A DNA stretch of 64,000 nt from Cenarchaeum sp. (GTDB taxonomy: Archaea > Thermoproteota > Nitrososphaeria > Nitrososphaerales > Nitrosopumilaceae). Each line of letters starts with the position of its first letter. The first letter of the stretch is position 1. The stretch lies in NCBI GenBank assembly GCA_963693095.2, contig OY843768.1:352001-416000 (forward strand), in the 5' to 3' direction. This document shows, piece after piece, positions 1-15,000 of this stretch. A program made the position numbers and the translations under genes. Under the pieces are notes generated by a model. The model did not search any database and was not told the origin of the DNA. It worked only from the letters and a program-made list of their open reading frames with translations.

Positions 1-1
1 C

Positions 2-3000
2 AACGAGGCCCTTGATCCGACGGAGGCAGTAAAGCCGGAGAGATACACCGTCACGTCAGGCGGCAGCAGCGTCGCGCTGTCGACTGCCACGCCGCCGTTG
101 TATGCTGATGGCCCGCCGGTGACGGTGGTCCTCACGCTGGCCACGCCAGCAAGCGTGGCCGGCACCGAGTACGCAGTCTCGACTACCGTTCCTGACGCCG
201 TTGGCAACGCCGCCTCGGCCTCTGTCACGCTGCCATTCGCCCTGCCGACGATACTGTCGGCCCAGACGGCCTCATCCACGATAACGGTAGTCACGCTCTC
301 GCATCGCGTGACGGGATCCAGCGCGCCGGGAGACTGGACGGTCGATGGCAGCATGGCCGGAGAGGAGCCGATGGATGCCACGGGAATCGCCTCGGGTGCG
401 GTCACGAGCGTCACGGCAGGCACCACGGCGGTGTCCATCGACTCGAACCAGATCACGCTCCTCCACGGCCCCCTGTCGACGGCCTCGACGCCAAAGGTGA
501 CATACGAGAGGGGCACTGCAATGATCTCCACGCCGGCCGGCCCGCTGGCGACGGACTCTACTGGTGTCACCGCCGCTGACGGCGCGCCGCCGCTCGTCGC
601 CTCGGCCATCTTTGTGGATTCGGACACGGTGAGGCTCACCTTTACAGAGGCCGTCAACGTGCCGCCGGCGTCGGCGTTTGCGCTTTACCCTGCTGCCACC
701 GGCGGAACCGCGGCGTTCTCGGGGACGGGAACGCCGGTGCGCTCCTCGCCTGCCGGCGGAGCCGCCAACTCGGTCATCACGATTGACTTGACGCCGGCCG
801 TGTCAGGCTCGCAGGTGCGCCATCTTGGGATCACCGGCGCAGTCACGGACCAGGCCACGCCGCCATTGCCATACGGCAGCGCCGACAGGATCCCCATCGC
901 GTACAACCCACCGACGCTTGCCGACTCGTGGGTTTCAGGCCCCAGGCACGTGTCACTCGAGTTCGGCGAGCGGCTCAACAATGACCCGCCGCTGGCCTCC
1001 GCCGACTTTGTGGTGACCGCCGGTGATCCTGCCGTCGCGCTGTCGCTCGCATCCACAGACCCCGTCGCGTATGATGACGCCACGCGCACAGTCAGGCTCA
1101 CGCTGGAGGACGACCTCACGGGCTCGGCATTCTCGGTAACCCCTGTAGTCACCAGGCTTGACGGCACTGCGCTCTATTCCACTGCACACACGTTTAGCGG
1201 CTATACGCTGCTCTTTTCGGCTAGCACCCGCACCACTGCGGCCATGGTGCTCACGCTGCCCAGTGGCCTGGCAGGCTCCGTGGCCGCCGCCGATCTTGCC
1301 GTCACCGACGCCGCTGACACTACATCCAGGACGATCCAGGTGTCATCTGATGACTCGACCTATGGCTCGACGGCAACGCTGTCTGGCACGGCACTCTACA
1401 TCCTGCTCAGTCCAGCCCTTGCCTCAACTGGCTCGACTCCAGAGGTGACGTACACGGCTCCGTCACCTGCGGGCATCACCGCCTCGACTAGCATACCGAG
1501 AACATGGACGGTCATGGCGTCTGACGGCGTGGCGCCCACAATAGCAACTGCCGCGTTTAGTGCCGTGGACAAGATACGCATCAACTTTAGCGAGGCCCTT
1601 GATCGGACCGAGGCAGTAAAGCCAGCAAACTATGTCGTCAGGTTGGGCACCACCACAACGACCGTTGCGCTGGATGCCGACACGCCGCCGTCGTATGCCG
1701 ACGGCCCGCCGGCGAGCGTCACGCTGACCCTTGATGAGGACGCCGTGGACGGGACAACGTACAGGGTCACGCCCCAATCCGCGCTCACCGATGCCAGCTC
1801 TGTCGCATACGGCATAGGCGGTTCGGTGGACGTGACTTACGACACACCGGATTTCGCCGCCCCCGTGGCAAACTCGATAGTGTTCAGGGTGTACGCCGAC
1901 ACTGACACGGACGGCGCCGGCACGGACGACACGCTGGATGAGACCACGCTAAAGTCCGGCACCGGCGCGCTGCTCGCAAAGGCTGATGACACGATACGCC
2001 TAGAGCTCACGCTTGACGAGGATCACAATATCATCCCGCCGACGATAACGCTGGCCGGCAGGGGCATCACCGACGCGCCGATGGTGATTGCCGGCTCCGT
2101 CGGCAGGTCAATGTGGATCTACGACCTGATCGTGACGGATACCACTGTGGACACGGCGTCTGCGCCGTTTGCCTTTGAGATAGCCGTGAGGGATGACGAG
2201 ACAGTGCCCAACACGGGCACGATAACAGGGTCCATGGGCATAGTCGACGGTTTCACCGTCGAGTTTCCCACAATAGACACAACAGAGCCAACTGCCACTG
2301 CAGAGTTCACCGAGGCCGACACGATAGTGCTCACGCTGTCTGAGGCGCTGTCCAACACGCGCTCTGACATAGAGGGCTATACGTATACCGTGATGAGGGG
2401 GATCACCACAGTCGCGCTGGCCACGGCTGACTTGTCGGCCGACACGCCGGTAAGGCCAGTCGTCTACGATGCGGCCGAGCGCACGATCACGCTCACGCTG
2501 GCCGCCAACACGGTTCGGGGTGTGCCACACTCGGTGTCGCTGCCCTCCGCGCTGGCCGACGTTGTGGGCAACACGGTCTCGCAGGCCTCGGTGAGTGTGA
2601 CACTGCCCCAGTTTGCGGTGTTGACACAGACCCAGACGACGACACTCGTCACGTTCTATGAGGGCGTGCTAGGCGGCACGCTGGCCACGGCGGACTGGAC
2701 AGTAACGGATAACGACACGGACGGCGCCGACGTAGAGCTGACTATAGCGAGCATAAGCACCATGGTTGAGACGGGAAGTGTCACGGCGACACCGGAGACT
2801 GCGGCCGGAGCCAATAATGCAGTCGAGCCGATAGTGCAGTCAACCCCCGCTGTCACAAAGCTAGTCGTCACGCACGAGCCGCTCTCCTCGACTGCGGCCA
2901 CGCCGGCCGTCTCGTACATGCCCGGAGCGCTGACCGTGGCCAGCACCCCCGTGAGCCTCAACAACGTCGAGGCTGCCGACGGCGCGCCGCCGACGTTCAC

Positions 3001-6000
3001 GGCGCGCACGGTCACGACGACGACGATCGACGTCACGTTCAGCGAGCCGATACGCAACACGCTTAGTGGCGAAGTCCTGAAGGCGGACAGCTGGACGGTG
3101 AACGGCGCCATGCCGGGTGTGCCCAGCGCTGCCAACTTTACGCGGGCCGGCCTCCTGACGGAACAAGTCGACGAGGCATACACGGTCTTTACGCTCACAG
3201 TCGGCACTCCCTTTGGCGTGGACGCCACGCCCACTGTCGCCTATGTTCGCCCCAACTCGAACTACCTCGCCGACGCGCTGGTGGAAGGCGGTGGCGACCC
3301 TGACGGGAACAACCCTGTTCCGAACGGCGCGTCGACGATCGCCGCCGACGGCATAGCCGGCTCTGCGCCCCCGTTCGAGGCCTCGACTGCCAGCCTAACG
3401 ACGACGCTCGTCGACTTTGACGGCGTGCTGGCCGGCACGCTTGACGTGGACGACTGGACGGTCACCGAGAACGACGCGGCCAGCGCCGCGGACAACGTGG
3501 CGCTGGACATATCGCGCATTGCGACTGTGTTCAGCGGCGTCGCGTTGTCGACTGTGGCGACGCCGGCCGTGCCGGGCGGCGCGTCGGCACAGACGCCGAC
3601 GATCCCGCCAAGCCCGGCCGTCATGCAGCTCCTCATCACGCACGATCCGCTCTCCTCGCCGGCTGCCACGCCGGCCGTTGCGTACGTGGCCGGCGGCCTG
3701 ACCGAGGGCGGCACCGCCGTCGACAGCGGCGGCGCGGAGGCCTCTGACGGCGTGCCCCCGGCGTTCAGTGCGGAGCTCACGGCGGTGGGCACGGTGAGGA
3801 TCGTGTTCACCGAGCCGGTCACCGGCGCGACGATGGCCTCGGAGTGGGCGTTTGACGGCGCGTCGGACGGCAAGCTGTTGGATCGCCGCCTCGGCATGGC
3901 CGTGTCGACGGACGTCGATCTGCGCAACGCCGAGGAGCTCCTCATCACGCTCGCCTCCCCGCGCGCGCGCACGGACCTGGGCGACGGCGCCGGCGGCACA
4001 CTGGACGCCGGTGACATCACGTACACCCCCCGCGCCACGGGCGCGCTGGCCGACGCCGCGCTCAACGGGTTTGGCACGGCCGGCTCGCCCGTCGAGGCCA
4101 CGGCGCTGGCCGACAGGGCGCAGCCGACATTTAGCGCCGTGATCACCTCGCAGACCTCGATAACGGCGACCTTTAGGGAGCCCGTGACTAGCGAGTTGGC
4201 GTCCGAGGTGCCGGGCGGCTGGCTTGTGGAAGGGGGCGCCGAGAACCCTGTGATCCTCTCGGTCGCCTTTGACGACGACGACACGTACACGATCACGCTC
4301 TTGGCCACGGACACTAACCCTGGCGCGATCCTTGGCACGGAGTATGACATCACCGCGAGCGACAGTATCTATGACCTTGCCTCCCCGACGCCCAACAAGA
4401 TCGTGGACGGCACCGAGGCGACGGCGACGTACGCGCCGCCGACGTTCACGGCGACGCTCGACTCGCCGACGTCAGTCACCGTCACGTTCCCGGAGGCGCT
4501 CAACGGCAGCACGTCGCGCACGGAGTGGAGCGTCGCCGGCGAGACGCCCGAGTCCGTCACGGTGGGCACGGCCACGACGTCCGACGACAGCGCGATCACG
4601 ATAGCGCCGACAGTCTCCACGATCACGTTCACGCTCGCGTCTGTCAACGCGCAGGCCGCCGACGCGGCGCCGCCGGTGGCGTACACGCCCGCCGCCGGCG
4701 CGCTGCTCGACTCTGACGACGTCGCCATGCTACCGACGGGCGACAGCCCAGTCACGGCCGCCGACATGATCGACCCGTCCATCGAGTCGGTCCTGTTCAT
4801 GAACGCCATGAAGATATTCGTGGAGTTCACCGAGCCGGTGACAGGTGACACGTCGGAGGCGAGCGGAATCGGCTGGTCGGTGAGCGGGGGCCTCATGATA
4901 TCGACCGTGACATTTGAAGGCGACGACACGTACACAATCGACCTCTCGTCACCGGGCGCCACGGTCAGCACAGGATACACGATAGGCGCAGCCGACGGGA
5001 TAGCCGACAGGTCCCCGGCGGCCAACTCCGTGGCCGTCGGCGAGGCCGTGACGGAGGAGTACACGGGGCCGGACACCGACCCGCCGACATTCAGCGCAAG
5101 CCTCACGTCGGAGAGGGTGGTAAAGATCACCTTTAGTGAGGACGTCGACGGCACGACGGCTAGCGGCGAGTGGGCAGTCACCGGCTCGACTGTCGCGTCG
5201 CTCTCGCTTACGGACGGCGGGGCCGCCGCGGCCGGCGACCTGGTGCTCGACGACGTGGGCGAGCTCTTTATCACGCTCACCGCCGCGCGCGCGGGCACCG
5301 ACCTGGGCGGCCTGACCGCGGCGGGCGTCACGTACACGCGCCCGTCGACGGGCACCAACACGATCCAGGACGGCGTGGACAATCACCTTGCCTCGACGGC
5401 AGGCGACACGGAGGAGGCCACGGCGCTGGCCGACGGGATCCCGCCGACGTTCCGCGCCGAGCTCACCTCGGCGACCACGGCAAGGATAGAGTTCACCGAG
5501 GCCACCGGCGGCATGACGGCGGCCTCCGAGTGGGCGTTTGCCGACTCTGATGTCGAGTCGCTCTCGCTGACGGCCGACGGGACATTTACGATGGGCAACC
5601 TCGCGCTCTCCGGCACCAATCTCTTTGCCACCTTTGAGAGGGCCCGCACGTTGACTAGCCTGACAAACGGCGACGGCAACGGTGATGGCACCGTCGTGGC
5701 CGTCACGCGGGATGTCGTGACGTACACGCGCCCGTCGACGGGCCCCAACACGATCACGGACACCACGGGCAACGACCTGGCCGAGGACGCCGGCGACGAG
5801 GAGATGGCCACGGCCGTCGCCGACAGGGCACCGCCGACGTTCACGGCGCGCACGGCCACGGCGTCGACGGTCGACGTCACGTTCAGCGAGGCGATACACA
5901 ACTCGGGGGATCCAGAGAGCAAGGGTATGCGCTGGGAGAACGAGGCTCACTGGAGGGTGGACAGTGCCATGCCGACCGAGGTCATGGCGGCCAACTTTAC

Positions 6001-9000
6001 GCAGGCAGGCGCCCCGATAGGGGGCGGCGGTGCATACACGGTCTATACGCTCACCGTGGCGACCTTTGGCGCAGACGCCACGCCGTCGATCCTCTACGTG
6101 CGCCCCTCCGAGTTCTACCTCGCCGACTCGCTGGTTGGAGACGAGAATGACGATCCCGGCAACAACCCAGTCCCGTCCACGCCTGCCGGAACGCCGGTGG
6201 CCGCCGCCGACGGCGTCGGCCCGACGCTGGTGCGCGAGGCCTTTGCGTCTGGCGGCACGGCCGTGACGCTTCTCTTTGATGAGGCGATCGCCTCGCCGCT
6301 TCCCTCCACGCTTGAGTTTACCCTGTCGAGCGACACGCAGGGCGCGCCGACGGTCACGGCAGGCACACCGACAGTCTCGGGCAGCATGGTGACGATCCCC
6401 GTGACGCCGGCAGTCTCGACGGCTGGTGACGGGGCGGTTTACAGGCTGGTGATCGGCGGCGACGGTGACATTGAGGACGTCATCGGCAACGCCTACGCCT
6501 ACGATGGCGTCGAGTCGCCGATCGACGTGACGTACGACGCCACGCCCCCGACGTTCACCGCCGCGTTCACCGCCGCGCGCACCATCGTGCTCACCTTTGA
6601 CGACAGGCTCGAGCCGACGACAGTCGTGGCGGCCAACTTTGGCGTGACGGTGCCTGACGGCGACGACGATGGCAGCGACCCAGATGACGTCGCGCTGTCC
6701 TCTACTGACCCCGTGGCCTATGACGACGCCGCACTCACCGTCACGCTCACGCTGGACGAAGACGCGTCGTCGGCGATCCACACCGTCACGCCGACGGACT
6801 TGCTGACCAACACGGCACACCTGCCGTACGCCGCCGGTGGCGTTGCGGCCATGCGCGCCGCCGCGCCGACGGCGACTGCCGTGGGGTACACGGTCTTTGA
6901 TGGAACAACGACCAACGCGAGGCCTGCCCCGTACGCCTCCCAGGCGCGCGAAGGCGACACGATCAGGCTGTCGATCACGCTTGACGGCGAGGCGAGCTCG
7001 GTCAGCGTGCTCTTTGTGGGCAAGACTGACGATCCGGACACGACGGCAGACGACGCCAACACGGTGGCCATGACGCGCGTCGGGAGCACGAACGAGTGGC
7101 GCGCGACGTACGTCGTCGAGACTATGGGCTCCATAGACGGCGCGTTCACGTTTGACGCGACGGTGGCTACCTCCTCGGGCACGACGCGCGCGGTGGACGA
7201 GACGACCGTGCCGGCGACGACGCCGCCGACGATCGACCGTGGCGCGCCGACGGCGACGCTGACTGCGAGCGTGAGGCTTGAGGGCCAGGGCACTGATGCG
7301 GAATCGGGCACGATCGCCGGAATCGGCGACGACGTCCTCGTCAACGTCGCGGCCAGCGAGCCGCTCGTCACGGCAGTCGGCGACATTGCGCTCTTTGGGA
7401 CGTCGACTGCCGCCGACTCGGTGGACACTGCCGCAGGCAACGCGTACTCGTACGTGCGCACAATAGTCGCCTCGGACGCCAACGGCCCACTCGCGTTTAC
7501 CCTGACGATACGCGATAGGGCAGGCAACGAGGCGGCGCTCACGCAGGCCGTCGTGGACTCGAACGTGACAGTCGACTCTGATGCGCCGACATTCAGCGCA
7601 AGCCTCGCGTCGGCCAGCACGGTAAAGATCACCTTTAGCGAGGATGTCGACGGCACGACGGCTAGGGGCGAGTGGACAGTCACCGGCTCGTCCGTCGAGT
7701 CGCTCTCGCTGACGGACGGCGGGACCGCGGAGACTGGCGACCTGCTGCTCGATGACGCCGAGGAGCTCTTTATCACGCTCACCGCCGCGCGCGCGGACAC
7801 CAGCCTGGGCACCCTGATGGCCATGGACGTCACGTACACGCGCCCGTTGACGGGCACCAACACGATCACGGACGCCGCGCGCAACGACATGGCCGAGAGC
7901 GCCGGCGGCACGGCGAGGGCCACGGCGCTGGCCGACAGGGTGCCACCGACGTTTAGCGCAAGCCTCACGTCGGCGACCACGGCAACGATAACGTTCAGCG
8001 AGGCAGTCACCGGCACGACGGAGGCCTCCGAGTGGGCGTTTGCCGACTCTGATGTCGCATCACTCTCGCTTACGGAAGACGGGACGGCCCAGGAGGGCAA
8101 CCTCGAGCTCTCCGGAACCACGCTCTTTGCCACGTTTGCCATGGCGCGCACGTCGACTGGCCTGGCCGACGGCGACGGCGACGGGGACGGCACCGCCGTG
8201 GCTGTCACGCGAAATGTCGTGACGTACACGCGCCCATCGACGGGCACCAACACGATCCAGGACGGCACGAACCACCTCGCCGACGCCGGCATGATGGCCA
8301 TGGCCACGGCAGTCGCCGACGGGGCCGACCCGATGTCGGTTCGCGCGGCCTTTGCGTCTGGCGGCGCGAGCGTGACGGTGACCTTTACTGAGGCGCTGGC
8401 TCCGCTGCCCGCAGGGCTCACCTTTGCGCTGACAACCATTGTGCAGGGCGCGCCGTCGGCCGCGCTCGGCACGGTGAACGTCGAGGGCAGCATGATAACG
8501 ATCCAGGTGACGTCTGACATCACGGCTGCCGCTGACGGGACGGTCTACACGCTGACGATCGGCGGCATGGGCGCCATAGGGGACACTAGCGGCAACGAGT
8601 ATGGCGGGGCAGCCGTGGATGCCATATACGACTCGACGCCCCCGACGTTCACACTCGAGTTCACCGACGCGCGCACCATCGTGCTGACCTTTGATGACGC
8701 CCTGGCGGCAGCGACATTCACTGCTGACGACTTTGACGTGACGGTGCCTGACGGTGATGACGATGACACCGACCCTGATGACGTCGAGCTGGCCTCGACT
8801 GACCCCGTGGCCTATGACGCTACCGCACGCACAGTCACGATCACGCTCGCCGAGGCCGCATCCTCGGCGGCCCACACTGTCACTCCAAAGGACTCGCTGG
8901 CCAACGCGGCACACGTGCCGTACGCCGCCGGTGGCCTCGAGGCCACGTACACGCCACCATTTGCGGCCAGGACGACTAGCCTTGCAACCACGCTCGTCAC

Positions 9001-12000
9001 ATTTGATGGCGTGCTGACCGGCACGCTCGACGTGGACGACTGGACGATAACTGACAACGACACGGCCGACTCTGTGGACGTGGATCGTGTGATATCGAGC
9101 ATTGCGACTGCGCGCAGCGGCGCCGCGACGTCGACTGTGGCGACGCCGGAGACCTCTGCGGGAGCCGACGACGCGGCCACGCCGACAATACCGTCGAGCC
9201 CTGCGGCCATGCAGCTCATCATCACGCACACAAACCTCTCCTCAAAGTCAGCCACGCCGCACGTCGCCTACTCGGGCGGCAACCTGGTCGATGGCGGCAC
9301 CGCCGTTAACGATGACGGCGTGGAGGCCTCTGACGGCCTGGTGCCGCTTTTGGTGAGCATAAGCTTTACGGACGCGGCCACAGTCGATGCCATCTTTGAC
9401 GAAGCCGTCGTGCGGACAGACGATGCGACTCTGACCGTCCTCGATTTCACTGACATTTACGCAAGGAGCATCAGCGCCGAGGCCTTTGACCCTAGCGTCG
9501 GGGGCACGGGGCCAACCACCGGCATGAGGTTCACGTTGGATAAACCTGTGGTCTTGGACGAGCGCGGCTATAGGCTGATCACGCAAAATGTGAAGGACGC
9601 ATCCGGAAACAATTCGGGGAATCAGCTTAGGTTGAACGTGCAGTTCTCGGGGGCCGACTCGGCGCCGCCGAGGGCAACGGTCACCACGGCCGTAAGGCTC
9701 GCCGGCGAGACTGCCGACTCTGAGACGGTGACTACGGCTGTCATCGGCGAGCAGGTTCGCATTACCGTCTCGTCCCACGAGCCGCTCGTCACGGCCACAA
9801 CTGACGTTGAGCTCTTTGGCAGGGTGTCGCCCAACGTCGTCAACGCCGATTCTGTGGTTCCGGGCACGGGCAACACGTACACGTACGTGCGCACTATACT
9901 GGCCTCAGACGCCGGCGGCCCACTCGCGTTTACCCTGACGATAAGCGACAGTGCGGGCAACGAGACGGTGCTCACGCAGGCCGACGTGGACGGCACGAAT
10001 GTCGCAGTCGACACCGACGCGCCGGCGCTCTCCTCGGCTGCCACAACGTCGGCCACGACGCTCACAGTCACGCTCTCCGAGTCGCTGCCGTCCACTGCCA
10101 CGACGGCTGCCGGCGATTGGTCGCTCAGCTCGCCCTCGCCGACAGTCACGGACGCCGTGCTCTCCGGTGACACCGTGACGATAACGCACGGGGGCGCCGG
10201 CACGTCATTTACGCCGACGGTGACGTATATGGGCACGGGCCTGACAGCCGAAAACCGCAACGCCGTGCCGTCTGGCTCTGAAGTGACTGCCACTGACGGC
10301 GCGCCGCCTCTCGTCGCCTCGGCCATCTTTGTGGACTCGGACACGTTGAGGCTAACATTTACGGAGGCCGTCAACGTGCCGCCGGCATCGGCGTTTGCGC
10401 TCTATCCGGCGGCCACCGGCGGAACCGCGGCGTTCTCGGGCACGGGCACGCCGGTGCGCTCCTCGCCTGCGGGCGGAGTCGCCAACTCGGTCATCACGCT
10501 TGACTTGACGCCGGCCGTGTCAGGCTCGCAGGTGCGCCATCTTGGGATCACCGGCGCAGTCACGGACCAGGCCACGACGCCCGTGCCATACGCCAGCACC
10601 GCCAGGATCCCCCTGGCGTATGACCCGCCGACGCTTACCGACTCGTGGGTTTCAGGCCCCAGGCACGTGTCACTCGAGTTCGGCGAAAGGCTCGACAATG
10701 ACCCGCCGCTGGCACCTGCCGACTTTGTGGTGACTGCGGGCAGTCCTGCCGTCGCGCTGCCGCTCGCATCCACAGACCCCGTCGCGTATGATGACGCCAC
10801 GCGAACGGTCAGGCTCACGCTGGAGGCCGACCTCACGGGCTCGGCATTCTCGGTCACCCCTGTCGTATCTCGGATCGGCGGCACTGCGCTCTATTCCACT
10901 GCGCACACGTTTAGCGGCTATACGCTGCTCTTTTCGGCTAACACACTGCCAACTGCGGCCATGATGCTCACGCTGCCCAGTGGCCTGTCAGGCTCCGTGG
11001 CCGCCGCCGATTTTGCCGTCACCGACGGCACTCTCTCCAGGACGATTTCCTCCGTGTCATCTGACGGCGCGACCTTTGGCCCGACGGCAACGCTGTCTGG
11101 CACGAGCCTCTTCATGCTGCTCAATGCCCCCCTTGCCTCCGGGGCCTCGACTCCAGACGTGACGTATACAACGCCATCGCCTGCCAGCATCACTGCCTCG
11201 ACTAGCATACCGAGAACATGGACGGTCATGGCGTCTGACGGCGTGGCACCCACAGTGGACTCTGTCGCGTTTACTGCCGCGGACAAGATACGCATAGAGT
11301 TTAGCGAGGCCCTTGATCGGGCCGAGGCAGTAAAGCCGGCAAACTATGTAGTCACGTTGGGCACTGCCACCATTGCGCTCGATGACGCCACGCCGCCGTC
11401 GTATGACGACGGCCCGCCGCCGAGCGTCACGCTGACCCTTGATGAGGATGCCGCCGAGGGAACATACAGGGTCACGCCCCAGCCCGCGCTCACCGATGCC
11501 AACTCTGTCGCATATGGCGATGGCGGCTCGGAGAGCGTGACTCGTGTCATACCGGATTTCGCTGCCCCAATGGCAAACTCGATAGTGTTCAGGGTGTACG
11601 CCGACACTGACACGGACGGCGCCGGCACGGCCGACACGCTGGACCTGACCACGCTAAAGTCCGGCGCCGGCGCGCTGTTCGCAAAGGCCGACGACACGAT
11701 ACGCCTCGTGCTCACGCTTGACGAGGATCACAACAGCAGCCCGCCGACGATAACGCTGGCCGACAGGGGCATCACCAATGCGCAGATGGTGCTTGCCAGC
11801 GTCTCGGGCAGGACAATGTGGCACTATGACCTGGTCGTGACGGATACCACTGTGGAGACGGCGTCTGCGCCGTTTGCCTTTGAGATAGCCGTGAGGGATG
11901 ATGAGACAGTGCCCAACACGGGCACGATAACTAGGTCCATGGGCATAGTCGACGGTTTCACCGTCGCCCCTCCCACAATCGACACAACAGAGCCAACTGC

Positions 12001-15000
12001 CACTGCAGAGTTCACCGAGGCCGACACGATAGTGATCACGCTGTCTGAGGAGCTGTCCAACACGAGCTCTGACATAGAGGGCTATACGTATACCGTGATG
12101 GGGGGGAGCACCCCAGTCGCGCTGGCCACGGCTGATCTGTCGGCCAACCCGCCGGTAAGGCCAGTCGTCTACGATGCGGTCAAGCGCACGATCACGCTCA
12201 CGCTGGCCGCCGACACGGCTCGGGGTGTGCCGCACACGGTGTCGTTGCCCTCCACGCTGGCCGACCCTGCGGGCAACACGGTCTCGCAGGCCTCGGTGAG
12301 TGTGACACTGCCCCAGTTCGCGGCGTCGACGCAGAGCCAGACTACGACGCTCGTCACGTTTTATGAGAGCGCGCTAGGCGGCACGCTCGACACGGACGAC
12401 TGGACGGTCACCGAGAACGACGCGACCAACGCCGCAGACAACGTGGCGCTGGGCATATCGCGCATCGCGACGATGACTGCCGACGTGCTGAGCCAGGTCA
12501 CCGCGACGCCCGAGAGCACGACGGGGGTCGTTGCAGTCACGCCGACGATCCCGTCAACCCCCGCCGTCACGCAGCTCCTCATCACGCACGACCCGCTCTC
12601 CTCGACGGCGGCCACGCCGGCCGTCTCGTACACGCCAGGAGCGCTGACCGTGGCCAGCACCCCCGTGCGCTCCAACAACGTCGAGGCTGCCGACGGCGCG
12701 CCGCCGACGTTCACGGCGCGCACGGTCACGACGTCGACGATCGCCGTCACGTTCAGCGAGCCGATACGCAACACGTTTAGTGGCGAGGGCTTCCTGGACG
12801 ATGATCACTGGACGGTGGACGGCACCATGCCGGGCATACCCAGCGCTGCCAACTTTACGCGGGCCGGCCTCCTGGCGCCAGAAGGCAGCGAGGCGTACAC
12901 GGTATTTACGCTCACAGTGCGCACTCCCTTTGGCGTGGACGCCACGCCCACGGTCACCTATGTTCGCCCCAACTCGAACTACCTCGCCGACGCGCTGGAG
13001 GAAGGCTCCGGCGACGTTGACGGGAACAACCCTATTCCGAACGGCGCGTCGACGACCGCCGCCGACGGCATAGCCGGCCCTGCGCCCCCGTTCGAGGCCT
13101 CGACTGCCAGCCTCACGACGACGCTCGTCAACTTTGACGGCGGCGTGCTCGCCGGCACGCTCGACGTGGACGACTGGACTGTCACCGACAACGACACGAC
13201 AGACTCTGTGGACGTGGTTCGTGCGATATCGAGCATTGCGACTGCAGCCAGCGGCGTCGCGACGACGACTGTGGCGACGCCGGAGACCTCTGCGGGAGCC
13301 GACGATGCGGTAACGCCTACGATCCAGTCGAGCTCCGCCGTCACGCAGCTCCTCATCACGCACGATGCGCTCTCCTCGGCGGCTGCCACGCCGGCCGTCG
13401 CGTACGCCGCCGGCGACCTGACCGAGGGCGGCACCACCGTCGCCAGCGGCGGAGAGGACGCCTCTGACGGCGTGCCACCTACGTTCAGTGCGGAGCTCAC
13501 GGGGGCGGGCACGGTGAGGATAGCGTTCTCCGAGCCGGTCACCGGCACGACGAGGGCCCCAGAGTGGGCGTTTGACGGCGCGTCAGACGGCATGCTGTTA
13601 GAGCGCCTCCTCGACACGGCCGTGTCGACGGACCTCGAGCTGCGCGGCGCCGACGAGCTCTTTATCACGCTCGCCTCCCCGCGAGCGCGCACGGACCTGG
13701 GCGACGGCGCCGGCGGCACACTGGACGCCGGTGACGTCACGTACACCCCCCGTGCCACGGACGCGCTGGAGGACGCCGCGCTCAACGGGTTCGGCACGGC
13801 CGGCTCCCCCGTCGAGGCCACGGCGCTGGCCGACAAGGCGCAGCCGACATTTGACGCTGTGATCACCTCGCAGACCTCGATAACGGTGACCTTTAGGGAG
13901 GCCGTTACCCGCGTGGTGACGTTCGGGGAGGAGGGCGGCTGGCTTGTGGGCGTGGGCATCGGTTTCCCGGGCGTCGCGAGCCCTGTGGTCTCCTCGGCCG
14001 CCTTTGTCGCCCCGTCCACCTACACGCTCGGGCTCGCGACCCCGGGCGCGATCCCCGGCACGGGGTATGTGGTCAGCGCGGCTGACATGATCTACGACTT
14101 TGCCTCCATGGCGCCCAACCAGATCAGGGGCGATGCAACGGCGACGGCGACGTACGCGCCGCCGACGATAACGGGCGCCACGCTTGAGACGTCGACGACG
14201 CTCACCGTGACCTTCTCGGATGATCTTGACGGCAGCACGGCGGCGTCCGAGTGGACAGTCGACGACACGCCAGTAGAGTCCGTCTCTGCCGCCGGCGCGT
14301 CGACGGCCGGCGGCACGGTCACGATAAGCGGTGCGGTCTCCATGATCACGCTCACGCTCGCGTCTGCCAACGCGCAGGACGACGACGCGACGCCGGACGT
14401 GGCGTACACGCCCGCCGCCGGCGCGCTGCGCGACTCCGACGACGTCGCCCTGTTCCCGACTGGCGCCAGCCCCGTCACGGCAGCCGACAAGATCGCCCCG
14501 TCCATCGACTCGGCCATGTTCACGGCGCCCAACAAGATATCCGTCACGTTCACCGAGCCGGTGACAGGGGACACGTCGACGTCGGCGCCGGACGGAACCG
14601 GCTGGTCGCTAACCGCCACGGTGGGCACGCTTAACGTGCAGAGCGCCGCGCACTCGGGCAGCACGTCAACGCTCACGCTGGACGGCAACGCCGTGGACGG
14701 CAGGATGTACACGGTAAACGCGGCAGACGGGATCAGGGACACGTCCACGGCCCGCAACCCGATAGGCGCCGGCGAGACCGAGTCGGTGGAGTACGACGAG
14801 TCGCTGGTGGACACCACTCCGCCGACGTTCACGGCGCGCGTGTACAACAGCACGCATGTCGCAGTAAGGTTCAGCGAGCCCATCCAGGGCACGACGGTCG
14901 TGGCAGACTGGGCGATCACCCTGGCGGGCACGACAGTGCCGACGCTGACCGCGGCAAATCCAGATAAAGGCGCGACCAATACTGCTGGATCCAGATTCAA

